A stretch of DNA of 32,000 nt from Aeropyrum pernix K1 (GCF_000011125.1 NC_000854.2:150001-182000), one strand, 5' to 3'; shown: positions 8,495-17,309, numbered from the stretch's first letter. A program made the numbers and translations. Notes: generated by a model not told the origin, from the letters alone.

Positions 8495-9880
8495 CTACCC
8501 TTCAACCCCATTGGTGCCCCGGGCCTTTTTAAGGTATTCATTGAACGGTGGTATCCTTACTGTTTGGAGCCTACCACCGGGCATCCTAACAACGGCCTCT
8601 CCGACGCCCAGCTCTACGAGCCCACCCCCGACGCCCAGCCGTGAAACTGACTCGACGTAGCCTCTGGCCTTCCCACCGAATGCTGCAACAACCCCTGCGT
8701 TAAACTCGATAGCCTCAGGCAGATCTCCTGGAGACTGTGTCGCGAAAACGCCGTATAGCCCCCGGCTCCTACCTTCCCTAGCTATACCCTCAAAGAACGA
8801 TGTCGAGCGGGAGAGCCTCCAGGCCTCGTCGACTATGAGCACAAGCCTACCCCTCCCCCCCGGCGATAAGGCGTACTCGACTAGAGAGGATGCTACCGCC
8901 TGCGCCGCAGCGTTCCTATCACTTCCCTCGAGCCGTCTTAGGCTGTAGACGGTGAGAGGGGATACAGGCGGTATGGTAGCCCCGGGGACGGGCAGCTGAC
9001 CGGTATCCCGCGGCTCTAGCAGGAAGGTTGTAAGAGGCTCAAGCAGCTCCGCCAAGTCGCCCTTAGGGTCTACGACGACAACCCCAAGAGGATCGCCTTC
9101 AACCTCTGACAGGAGCGCCAGCTGAACAGCCAGTCCGGCTAGGAGAACGGTTTTCCCCCTGCCAGTAGGGCCTACGACCAGCATGTGAGCCTCCAAATCG
9201 CGGGGCCAGCGTAAAGCGACGGGACCGCCCGTCTCAGCGGATACCCCCAGTAGGATCTCGCCTCCCCGGGGTATGCTCCCCTCAGGCCTGAACCGGGGGT
9301 TTAGGTGCCTTGCCCCCGCTTCCGCCAGGGACGCGGGAGACCAGTCGCCCGCTACAACATCGAACTTTACACCTACCTCTGCTTCGAGCATCGACTTGAA
9401 CTGTATGGCCTTACTATCGTCTGCGCCTTCCTCTATCCAGACGACTGCACCGAGCCTGCCTAGCCTGGGGGATCCCGTGGCAACGGCCTCCTTATAGAGG
9501 GACTCTAGTAGTGCAAGAGCAGACCTATACCTCCCTAGCCTTGTTGTCGAGTATTTGAATTCTACTCTCTTTATCTCCTCCTCGAGAGTCTCCACGAGCC
9601 TGGACTTCTCCACAGGTATGTAGCTGTAGAATATGGAGACTGGAGCAGGAGTCCGCATAGCAAGGGAGTATAGCCTATCTCCCAATCCCTCAACGTTCTC
9701 CGGATTATCTCTAGCTAGAAGGACAACGGGCCTCCTCGAGCCTTCCTCACCCTCAACCCTGAGGAGCTTACCAGCCCTCCGTGACAGTATTGCAGCCCTG
9801 TTCGACAAGGTTTTCCTATATAGCAAGCCGGCCGCCGCTGACATTATTATGATTGTTACTATATCTATTGCGCCAGGCAC
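8495..9880 (-). CDS. cedB: CedB-like DNA-transport ATPase (HerA/VirB4 superfamily) with N-terminal TM segment
   Basis: N-terminal hydrophobic segment IDIVTIIIMSAAAGLLY, Walker A VVGPTGRGKTVLL, Walker B GRLVLIVDEAWRLS, and position in the same run as CedA- and CedA1-like genes. Confidence 0.75.
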   Translation of the reverse strand: MPGAIDIVTIIIMSAAAGLLYRKTLSNRAAILSRRAGKLLRVEGEEGSRRPVVLLARDNPENVEGLGDRLYSLAMRTPAPVSIFYSYIPVEKSRLVETLEEEIKRVEFKYSTTRLGRYRSALALLESLYKEAVATGSPRLGRLGAVVWIEEGADDSKAIQFKSMLEAEVGVKFDVVAGDWSPASLAEAGARHLNPRFRPEGSIPRGGEILLGVSAETGGPVALRWPRDLEAHMLVVGPTGRGKTVLLAGLAVQLALLSEVEGDPLGVVVVDPKGDLAELLEPLTTFLLEPRDTGQLPVPGATIPPVSPLTVYSLRRLEGSDRNAAAQAVASSLVEYALSPGGRGRLVLIVDEAWRLSRSTSFFEGIAREGRSRGLYGVFATQSPGDLPEAIEFNAGVVAAFGGKARGYVESVSRLGVGGGLVELGVGEAVVRMPGGRLQTVRIPPFNEYLKKARGTNGVEG

Positions 9881-9900
9881 GCCAAACCCCCCAGCTATCC

Positions 9901-11259
9901 CTACATAATCTTGAGTCTCAGCCTGGCGCCTCCGCCCAGCAGTCTAGCCAAGCCTGTAGTCGCCACTAGGAGGATTGACAGGTACATGCCCGGGAGGGTT
10001 ATGTAATAGACTATTATCATCTTTAAAACGTCGAGCGTTATATAGTCTAGGAGGCTAACTAGCGTCTCGGAATAATCCTTTGCAATCCTCTCTAAACCGG
10101 CGTCAGCGTCACAGTCCCCCCACTTCTCCACCCAAACTACTATCCTTCCCTCCCCACTGGGCTCTACATAGACATACTCTCCCTTCAGCCCCTCCCATGT
10201 CCAGCTGCCCTCGCCCCTCACATCACCCTCTCTGACACTATATTGGGGTTTACAGCCCTCTAGCCAAGCTATCTCAACGTAGTCTCCATCCTTCAGCCCC
10301 TCCCAGCTGGCGACAACTCCCTCCTCTCCCTCGGTAACTCTGGCTGGCTGTTTGCTTCCATACACCATAACACTCTCTCCCCCCATGAAGGCTATGTGGG
10401 GAACGTGCAGTTCGATGCTTGTTCCAGCGGTCGACGTGTCTAGGGCTGGCGGGTCAGGCTTGAAAGTGACTCCCATATACTCGAGTGTGAACGAGACCAG
10501 GCCGAGGGGTGCCTGCACCCTGGGGATCTTGACGAGTGAACTGTAGGCTACTCCGCCTTTAACTACGTAGCTCGCCACCTCCTCACCCCCGCTGTGGATT
10601 CTTAATAGACCTGCCTCTACTACCCCGCTGCTGCTTGTAACGGTAATCCTACCAACCCATACGCCCTCAGCTCCAGCCACAGCCGGAGGGTCTCCTATGG
10701 ATTCGACGAAAAGGGGGAGAGCGGGTAGGGCTGCGTTAAACACTATGACAAAGGCTATAAGCCAGGCCCCCGCTGGCTTGGCCACCCTGAAGGGTACTGC
10801 ATAGAGGAGGACGCCCAGGCTGAGAAGGATCTGACTATATCCGAGTAGATACTTAAGCCCCAGGACTGTGGCCGCTAGGAGAGTGACGGCCCAGGAGAGC
10901 TCGTCCATAACCGACGCTGCGGCAGAAGCAAGAGGCTTGAGAGCCTCGAGAGGGTCGGGGAGGCTAGTTACTAAGCTGGAAAGCGCCTTCAGGGAAGCGG
11001 CAAAAACGACTGCGTCAAAGAGCCAGGCGTCCAGCTGGGGCCAAGAACCGCCTATAAGGAGCTGGAGGTAGCCAGCTACTGCGATTAGCGCCGCAGCCGT
11101 AAGTGCTAGGAGAGCCGCTATTAGAGAGTCCTCGACCAGCGTTGACGCCCACCTCTTTATAGAAGAAGCGGGGATGGGTGCAGCGTAGATAAGTACTCCA
11201 AGGTAGAATCCAAGCATAGCAAGCTTGAACGCCAGTAGTTGGAGGTCACCACCCTCCAC
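9901..11259 (-). CDS. cedA: CedA-like polytopic membrane protein with large central non-membrane domain
   Basis: Hydrophobic segments in the N-terminal half and at the C-terminus, central polar beta-rich region, immediately downstream of the CedA1-like gene; shared signature with it. Confidence 0.65.
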   Translation of the reverse strand: MEGGDLQLLAFKLAMLGFYLGVLIYAAPIPASSIKRWASTLVEDSLIAALLALTAAALIAVAGYLQLLIGGSWPQLDAWLFDAVVFAASLKALSSLVTSLPDPLEALKPLASAAASVMDELSWAVTLLAATVLGLKYLLGYSQILLSLGVLLYAVPFRVAKPAGAWLIAFVIVFNAALPALPLFVESIGDPPAVAGAEGVWVGRITVTSSSGVVEAGLLRIHSGGEEVASYVVKGGVAYSSLVKIPRVQAPLGLVSFTLEYMGVTFKPDPPALDTSTAGTSIELHVPHIAFMGGESVMVYGSKQPARVTEGEEGVVASWEGLKDGDYVEIAWLEGCKPQYSVREGDVRGEGSWTWEGLKGEYVYVEPSGEGRIVVWVEKWGDCDADAGLERIAKDYSETLVSLLDYITLDVLKMIIVYYITLPGMYLSILLVATTGLARLLGGGARLRLKIM

Positions 11260-11264
11260 GGCAG

Positions 11265-11528
11265 CTAACCTCCGCCGAGGAGGACCTCGTTCACAATGCC
11301 CGCCAGCCTAACTATCACGGCGAACACGGTAGTCCCTAGAGCCAGCCAGAGAGCCGCCCACATCGAGTCCTCAATAAGGCTGTTGCCGACCCGCTTAATC
11401 CTAGACGAGGGGATCGGGCTCCCCCTAAGCGTCCACCCTATACTCCAGGAGAGGAGGAAGAGGGCCCATGCCAACGCCGTAAGCTTCCCCGTCAGGTCCT
11501 CAACCATCTGCACTATGTCTGCAGCCAT
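11265..11528 (-). CDS. cedA1: CedA1-like DNA-import pilin, 87 aa, two hydrophobic helices
   Basis: LTALAWALFLLSWSIGWTLRGSPIPSSRIKRVGNSLIEDSMWAALWLALGTTVFAVIVRLAG; first gene of the cluster. Confidence 0.68.
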   Translation of the reverse strand: MAADIVQMVEDLTGKLTALAWALFLLSWSIGWTLRGSPIPSSRIKRVGNSLIEDSMWAALWLALGTTVFAVIVRLAGIVNEVLLGGG

Positions 11529-11631
11529 ACGCCCCCCCAGTAGAGTGGAGTTAGTGAGGTCCTGTGGGTGGGGGGTGTCGGACGTGTGTGCGGGTCGAGT
11601 AAAAGTTTGGCTTGAGTAAAACGTGGGGGGC

Positions 11632-12588
11632 TTAACCAGTCCGGGAGTTATTGTGTCTAGCCAGAAGCTCCTCTGCCTTCCTGCTCACCTCAGCATCCCT
11701 CTTCTCGTAGTCATGGTAACCTATGAGGTCGTAGAACTCGGTTCTAGTGTATAGCTTATCGAGTATGTCTTTCTGTGTGCCCTTCTCCATTATCTCCCTG
11801 AGAACGGTTTCGGAAGCCTTTAGTGACGCCCTGAACGTTGTAACAGGGAATATGACAATCTTGTAACCCGCCTCTCTGAACTGGTCTACAGTAATATACG
11901 GTGTCTTACCGAACTCCGTCATGTTAGCGAGCAGAGGAGCTTTAACCCTCCTGGCGAACTCCCTAAACTCTTCAAGACTGGTAAGCGCCTCTGGGAATAT
12001 AATGTCTGCTCCAGCCTCGACGTATAGCTGTGCCCTCTCAACCGCCTTCTCGAACCCCTCAACACCCCTCGCATCCGTTCTAGCCACTATCAAGGCATCC
12101 CTCCTGGCCCCTACTGCTGCAATAATTTTCTTCACCATGTCCTCAGGACTGATAAGCGCCTTCCCCTGCAGGTGGCCGCATTTCTTCGGCATAACCTGGT
12201 CCTCTATCTGTATGGCCGCTGCCCCCGCCCTCTCGAGCTCCCTCACAGTCCTCTCAACGTTGATAGCCTCCCCAAATCCCGTGTCGGCATCAACGATGAC
12301 AGGAACCCTGACAACGCGAGTTATATAACTTGTGAACATGGCCAGTTCGCTCAGAGTTATGAGTCCGAGATCGGGCATGGCCAAACTCCCTGTTATCGCC
12401 GCTCCCGAGAGGTAAAGGGCCTCAAACCCCATCCTCTCAGCGAGCAGGGCCACCGCGGGGTTGTAGACCCCCGGCGCCACCACAATATCGCGTTTCTCGA
12501 TAAGCTCCCTCAACACTAACCCTGGCCTCTCCAAAGGCTCCCTATAGAGAAACGCCATGTTTAGACACCCCAAGTATGGTGTGGCCAC
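11632..12588 (-). CDS. prpB: Isocitrate lyase/PEP mutase family, probable 2-methylisocitrate lyase
   Basis: KKCGHLQGK signature, DADTGFGEAINVERTVRELERAGAAAIQIEDQ. Confidence 0.85.
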   Translation of the reverse strand: MATPYLGCLNMAFLYREPLERPGLVLRELIEKRDIVVAPGVYNPAVALLAERMGFEALYLSGAAITGSLAMPDLGLITLSELAMFTSYITRVVRVPVIVDADTGFGEAINVERTVRELERAGAAAIQIEDQVMPKKCGHLQGKALISPEDMVKKIIAAVGARRDALIVARTDARGVEGFEKAVERAQLYVEAGADIIFPEALTSLEEFREFARRVKAPLLANMTEFGKTPYITVDQFREAGYKIVIFPVTTFRASLKASETVLREIMEKGTQKDILDKLYTRTEFYDLIGYHDYEKRDAEVSRKAEELLARHNNSRTG

Positions 12589-12594
12589 CCGGAG

Positions 12595-12602
12595 GTTTAA
12601 AG
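12595..12602 (+). promoter_or_regulatory. Candidate TATA box (gtttaaag)
   Basis: TTTAAA-type box with purine-rich 5' flank (ggag), about 65 nt upstream of a small ORF and upstream of the SPOUT gene. Confidence 0.45.
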
Positions 12603-12893
12603 CAAGCGACAGCTCCAGCTGTTATTAGGCTGCAGCAACATTTGGAAGTGTGGGTGGATTGATATGGGTGGTAGGCAGAAGACTACGCTATTCATGGACA
12701 CCTCCAAGCGGGGAGAAGAACAGAGAGAACAGCAGCAGAAGAAGGGGAAGAAGAGTAAGGGATAGCACAGCTGCGTCTGTAGGCTCTTGGAGCAACAGCG
12801 TTTTTTGCACCAGCCATCAGCCCCAAAATACCTCCTGGACACGACGAGTTGGGAGGGCGTGACGAGAGTCTAATGCAGGGCTGGTGCAGCGTT

Positions 12894-13766
12894 ATGGACA
12901 GCAGCTCCACTTGTTTCGAATGGCCGTCTAGGAGGAGGCATAACCCTCTTGCCGTGGCCCTCCCCTCCAGCATACTCAGGGTAGAGCCAACGCTGCTTCT
13001 AAAGACGCTCAAGGCAGGGCAGATAGGGAGAGTTGCGGCCATCTACCGGGTGGACGAAATAGCTGTTTTTGAGGACCCAGACTCCTCGCCACGCCTATCG
13101 AGGCTTCTCCAACTCCTCCTCAACTACCAGGCTACACCGCCCCATCTGAAGAAGAGGGTTTTCCCCTTAAGGAGAGAGCTCAAGTACGCCTCCCTGATGC
13201 CGCCGCTTAAGATACCGAGCCACACCGTGCCGGCGGAACCTAAGGTGGGCGCCATACTGGATGGGTATGTTGAATCTTGTAGCGGTAAATCGTGTAGGGT
13301 GTTCCTGGGAAGCATGGGCTATGGAGTTCTAAGGGGTAGGGCGAGGCCGGGAGATGTAGTTACCGTGAGAATAGGCGAGATAAGTGGCGGCAGAATCGTC
13401 CTTGAGAAGGCCTCCTGGGGCGAACTATACTACGGGTTCTCAGTCTCGCGGTTCAAACGTCTTGAGGAGGCGGTCACGAGTTTTAGGAGGCGGGGGTATA
13501 GAGTCGTAGCTACAGACAAAAATGGCCTATGCCCGCCCGAATCCTGGAAGATCCTCGCCGAGATTCCCTCCGCTAAAACTCTCGTCGTTTTCGGCGGGCC
13601 CTACAAGGGGGTTCTAGAGTATACTAACCCGTATCTGTATGACGGCGTTGTCAACGTGATACCCCGTCAGGGAACAGAGACGGTGAGGACAGAGGAAGCA
13701 CTGTTAGCCACACTAGAGGCTATAAGCGTCCTCGAATCTCTCCGACAGTCCTCCGGACAGGAGTGA
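12894..13766 (+). CDS. SPOUT-superfamily putative RNA methyltransferase (COG2106-like); track start 12849, internal ATG at 12894 preferred
   Basis: NPLAVALPSSIL, central OB-like insert GYVESCSGKSCRVFLGSMGYGVL, C-terminal VVFGGPYKGVLEY...VNVIPRQGTETVRTEEALLATL; sits before rpl3. Confidence 0.78.
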   Translation: MDSSSTCFEWPSRRRHNPLAVALPSSILRVEPTLLLKTLKAGQIGRVAAIYRVDEIAVFEDPDSSPRLSRLLQLLLNYQATPPHLKKRVFPLRRELKYASLMPPLKIPSHTVPAEPKVGAILDGYVESCSGKSCRVFLGSMGYGVLRGRARPGDVVTVRIGEISGGRIVLEKASWGELYYGFSVSRFKRLEEAVTSFRRRGYRVVATDKNGLCPPESWKILAEIPSAKTLVVFGGPYKGVLEYTNPYLYDGVVNVIPRQGTETVRTEEALLATLEAISVLESLRQSSGQE

Positions 13767-13871
13767 TTCGGAGGCCTCACCGGCTCACACGCTCCAACAG
13801 CCTTAGACTAGACGCCAGCATAACGGCCGCGCCACCCCCCGTCTATCTTAGGCTGGTGAGGAAGCTTTCTG

Positions 13872-13879
13872 TATAAAAA
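13872..13879 (+). promoter_or_regulatory. Candidate TATA box (tataaaaa) for the rpl3 operon
   Basis: AT-rich octamer in GC-rich intergenic DNA, about 170 nt before the rpl3 start. Confidence 0.5.
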
Positions 13880-13964
13880 CGTGGGCCCGAGATACTGGCG
13901 GCCCCGGTCGTTTTGGAAGCGATCATAGTGAGGCGCTCGCGTGGGTGGGGTTGTGATGGGTGTG

Positions 13965-14038
13965 CCCTGGAGGTAACACTATGTCACTATAATAGGCTTG
14001 AACGCGAGACTCCCTTTCTAGCGGGAGTCTAGCCAGGG
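13965..14038 (+). promoter_or_regulatory. Nested inverted repeats in the rpl3 5' leader
   Basis: Outer ccctgg (13965-13970)/ccaggg (14033-14038); inner agactccc (14007-14014)/gggagtct (14023-14030), loop tttctagc. Confidence 0.5.
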
Positions 14039-14047
14039 TGCTCTACA

Positions 14048-15082
14048 GTGGGAGCTAGGAAGAAGAGAGCGCCAAGGAGAGGTAGCCTGGGCTTCTCGCC
14101 CAGGAAGAGGGCGTCGAGGCTTGTGCCCAGGGTTAAGAGATGGCCTGAAGTCGATATTGGCAAGCCTGTACCCCTCGCATTCCTCGGGTACAGGGCTGGC
14201 ATGACCCACGTGTTCATGGTTGACGACAGGCCTGGGAGGCCGACAAGCGGGAAGGAGATATTCGTGCCAGTAACTATTGTGGAGACCCCGCCCATGTTTG
14301 TGGCTGCAGTGAGACTCTACGGTTACGACCCCAACAGGGGCCGCTACAGTCTGGGGGAGGCGTGGGCTCAGCCTCCTCCAGAACTAGAACTCCAGAGGAG
14401 GATCTCCACCCTAGGCTCCTTCGACACTGATAAGATGCTGAAGAGTCTGGAGGAGAGGCTTGACAAGGCCGAGGACGTCAGGCTGATAGCAGCCAGCCAG
14501 CCAAAGCTTGCTGGCGGTTTGAGCAAGAAGAAGCCCGACCTTCTGGAGATAAAAGTAGGCGGTGTGAGCGACGTTACCAAGCTCTTCGACTATGCAAAGG
14601 ATGTCCTAGGCAACCTAATAGCAGTTAACGACGTTTTCGAGGAAGGCCAGCTCGTCGACGTCATCGCCGTGACGAAGGGGAAAGGGTTCCAAGGCGTAAT
14701 CAAGAGGTGGGGCGTCAAGGAGCTTCCAAGGTGGCACAAGCATAGGAAGGGTAGCAGAAGGATAGGGGCGAGGAGCCACGGTAGGAGCACATTCTGGGAA
14801 ACCCCCCAGGCAGGCCAGACCGGATTCCACAGGAGGACGGAGTATAACAAGAGGATATTGATGATAGACGACGACGGCTACAAGGTGACCCCTGCAGGCG
14901 GGTTCCTTAGGTACGGTGTTGTTAGGAGTACATTTGTAATGCTGTCGGGCAGCATACCCGGAACGCCTAAGAGGCCCATTGTGATGAGGTGGGCTATAAG
15001 ACCTCCGGAGTGGTACCTGAAGCTCGGCGTTAGAAAGCCCGAGATAACCTATATAAGCCTTGCAAGCAAGCAGGGCGTCTAG
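14048..15082 (+). CDS. rpl3: 50S ribosomal protein L3 (GTG start)
   Basis: GYRAGMTHV, VTKGKGFQGVIKRWGVKELPRWHKHRKGSRRIGARS. Confidence 0.97.
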   Translation: MGARKKRAPRRGSLGFSPRKRASRLVPRVKRWPEVDIGKPVPLAFLGYRAGMTHVFMVDDRPGRPTSGKEIFVPVTIVETPPMFVAAVRLYGYDPNRGRYSLGEAWAQPPPELELQRRISTLGSFDTDKMLKSLEERLDKAEDVRLIAASQPKLAGGLSKKKPDLLEIKVGGVSDVTKLFDYAKDVLGNLIAVNDVFEEGQLVDVIAVTKGKGFQGVIKRWGVKELPRWHKHRKGSRRIGARSHGRSTFWETPQAGQTGFHRRTEYNKRILMIDDDGYKVTPAGGFLRYGVVRSTFVMLSGSIPGTPKRPIVMRWAIRPPEWYLKLGVRKPEITYISLASKQGV

Positions 15083-15109
15083 ACCTCGGCGGTACCGCGG
15101 AGGTGAAGT

Positions 15110-15931
15110 GTGATGGCTTACACATATATGACACTGTATATGGAGCAGGAGAAGATAGTTCCTGTCTACGACGAGAGGGGAGGAGAGAAGGACTCTGTAG
15201 TCCTCCCCCAGATCTTCCGCTTCCCCGTACGCAAGGACCTCATACGAAGGGCCTTCCTAAGCGAGTTCACAGCCAGGCTACAGCCCAAGGGCAGAGATCC
15301 AATGGCAGGAAAGAGGACGAGCGCTGTAAGCCTGGGAGTCGGCCGGGGCGTCGCCCGTGTCCCAAGGATTAAGGGGAGTCTGAGGGCAGCCCTTGTCAAC
15401 ATGGCGCGCGGCGGCAGGGCTGCCCATCCGCCCCGTGTCGAGAAGGTCCTGAAGGAGTATATAAATAAGAAGGAGAAGAGGCTTGCAACTATAAGCGCTA
15501 TATCGGCTACCTCCAGGGAGGACCTGGTAAGGCAGCGCGGCCACAGGTTCAGCGCCGAGACTCTACCTATAGTCCTAGATTCCAGTGTGCTTGCCAAGAT
15601 CTCAACGGCGAGGGAAGCCAGATCCCTGCTAGAGTCCGTGGGAGTCTACGAAGACGTACTCCGCGCTAAAGAGGGGAAAAGGTATAACGCGGGTAAGGGT
15701 AAGATGAGGGGGAGAAGGTATAAGGTGCCGAAGAGTGTCCTCTTCGTGCTAGAAGACCCAAGATCGCCACTGGCACTTGCCGTAAAAGGCATGCCTGGAG
15801 TAGACGTAGTAACTCCCACGCTTCTAAGCGTCCTACACCTAGCCCCCGGGGGCCATCCCGGCAGGCTAACAATATACACTACAGAAGCGCTTAAGCTCTT
15901 AAGCAGGAGGTTCGAGGTGACTCTACCATGA
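15110..15931 (+). CDS. rpl4: 50S ribosomal protein L4 (true start may be 15113 or 15140)
   Basis: Position between L3 and L23; [48 protein letters not shown]. Confidence 0.95.
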   Translation: MMAYTYMTLYMEQEKIVPVYDERGGEKDSVVLPQIFRFPVRKDLIRRAFLSEFTARLQPKGRDPMAGKRTSAVSLGVGRGVARVPRIKGSLRAALVNMARGGRAAHPPRVEKVLKEYINKKEKRLATISAISATSREDLVRQRGHRFSAETLPIVLDSSVLAKISTAREARSLLESVGVYEDVLRAKEGKRYNAGKGKMRGRRYKVPKSVLFVLEDPRSPLALAVKGMPGVDVVTPTLLSVLHLAPGGHPGRLTIYTTEALKLLSRRFEVTLP

Positions 15932-16188
15932 AGCCTGAGGAGGTAATAATTAGGGTATACGTAACGGAGAAGACCACTAGGATGCTCGAAGAGGAGAACA
16001 CCCTGACATTCATAGTAAGGAGGGAGGCCACGAAAAACGATGTGAAAAGGGCCGTGGAACAGCTCTTCGGGGTGAAGGTGGAGAAAGTTCGCACCCTCAT
16101 AACGCCGCGCGGATATAAGAAGGCTTACGTCAAGCTAGCGCCAGAGTATAAGGCCCTCGATGTGGCCACGAAGCTAGGAGCAGTATAG
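15928..16188 (+). CDS. rpl23: 50S ribosomal protein L23
   Basis: [59 protein letters not shown]. Confidence 0.96.
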   Translation: MKPEEVIIRVYVTEKTTRMLEEENTLTFIVRREATKNDVKRAVEQLFGVKVEKVRTLITPRGYKKAYVKLAPEYKALDVATKLGAV

Positions 16189-16379
16189 CTCATACCATCC
16201 CTAATCCTCTCTTCATTTTTAGCAGTGATTTGCGCATCAACTAGCCCTAGCGACACCCTGCCCCGGCCTCTTGGAAGTCTATCTCAACACAATTACCAGT
16301 GTCCCGAAGAACTGGGAATCAAGGACAATCGAGAGGGAAAGAATATTGCTGCTAGAGCAGGAGCATTGTCCGAGCGCCT

Positions 16380-17309
16380 CTACTCCATCTGGGGACCCCA
16401 CGCAGGAGGCTTTGGGCCTAGCTTCTCAACTATCTCTATTATCCTGCGGGCTATCTTAAGGAACTCTCTCGAAGCTTCGCTCTCTGGATTCTCTAGGAAG
16501 AATATTTTGCCTTTATCGTTCGACTCTCTTATCGCAGGGTCTATGGGTATTTTGCCGAGGAGTTCTATACCATACTGTGACGCGATCTCCTCAGCCGCGC
16601 CGCGGCCGAAGATATAGTGTATGGATCCGTCGCTACACCTAAAGTAGCTCATGTTCTCGACTATTCCTATCACAGGGGCTTCTATCCTCTTGGCAAAGCT
16701 GACAGCCTTCTTAACGACAGACTTAGCTATCTCGCTGGGTATCGTGACTACCAGGAAGCCCGTTATGTTGGGTATTATCTGGGTTATCGTGAGGACCTCA
16801 TCACCTGTTCCCGGAGGTAGGTCTATGAGGAGATAGTCGAGTTCTCCCCAGTCGACGTATGCAAGCAGCTCTCTGATGGCACTCGTCTTTATGGCCCCTC
16901 TCCAGATTAGGGGCACCTCATCCATGGGCAGCAACAGCCCTATGCTAGCTACTTTAATTCCCGGAGGAACTTCCACGGGCTTTACAGTGCCGTCGAGCTG
17001 CGAGGGCATACCCATGCCCGTCTGGAGGCCGAGCATTTTATGAACGCTAGGACCGCTTATATCTGCGTCAAAAACTCCAACCCTTCGCCCCTCCGCAGCG
17101 AGGGCTGCCGCGAGGCTAGCGGTAACAAAGCTTTTCCCCACACCTCCTTTCGTGCTTATAACAGCTATCTTGTACCTAATCCTCCTCATATTCCTAACTA
17201 TCTTCATCTGCTGCTCCTGAATTGTCTTCATCCGCTCCGCGATAGCCTTGTACTCACTCCTACTTACCCTGAATCCCTTAGAAGCTCTGCCACCCTCCTG
17301 AGTAGACAA
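16380..17309 (-). CDS. Mrp/NBP35-family Fe-S carrier P-loop ATPase; start may be internal
   Basis: VISTKGGVGKSFVTASLAAALA, FDADISGPSVHKMLG, DYLLIDLPPGTGDE. Confidence 0.93.
   Translation of the reverse strand: MSTQEGGRASKGFRVSRSEYKAIAERMKTIQEQQMKIVRNMRRIRYKIAVISTKGGVGKSFVTASLAAALAAEGRRVGVFDADISGPSVHKMLGLQTGMGMPSQLDGTVKPVEVPPGIKVASIGLLLPMDEVPLIWRGAIKTSAIRELLAYVDWGELDYLLIDLPPGTGDEVLTITQIIPNITGFLVVTIPSEIAKSVVKKAVSFAKRIEAPVIGIVENMSYFRCSDGSIHYIFGRGAAEEIASQYGIELLGKIPIDPAIRESNDKGKIFFLENPESEASREFLKIARRIIEIVEKLGPKPPAWGPQME

Noticed and set aside
12172-12519. Plus-strand ORF opposite the methylisocitrate lyase-like gene
   Set aside because: Shadow of a strong coding region; no recognisable domain.
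12597-12842. Minus-strand 81-aa ORF rich in Cys/Phe/Leu
   Set aside because: It is antisense to the lysine-rich small ORF; composition (FFPFFCCCSLCS) is explained by the aag/cag repeats on the other strand.
16225-16617. Plus-strand ORF downstream of rpl23
   Set aside because: Overlaps the 3' part of the Mrp/NBP35 gene in antisense and has no family features.
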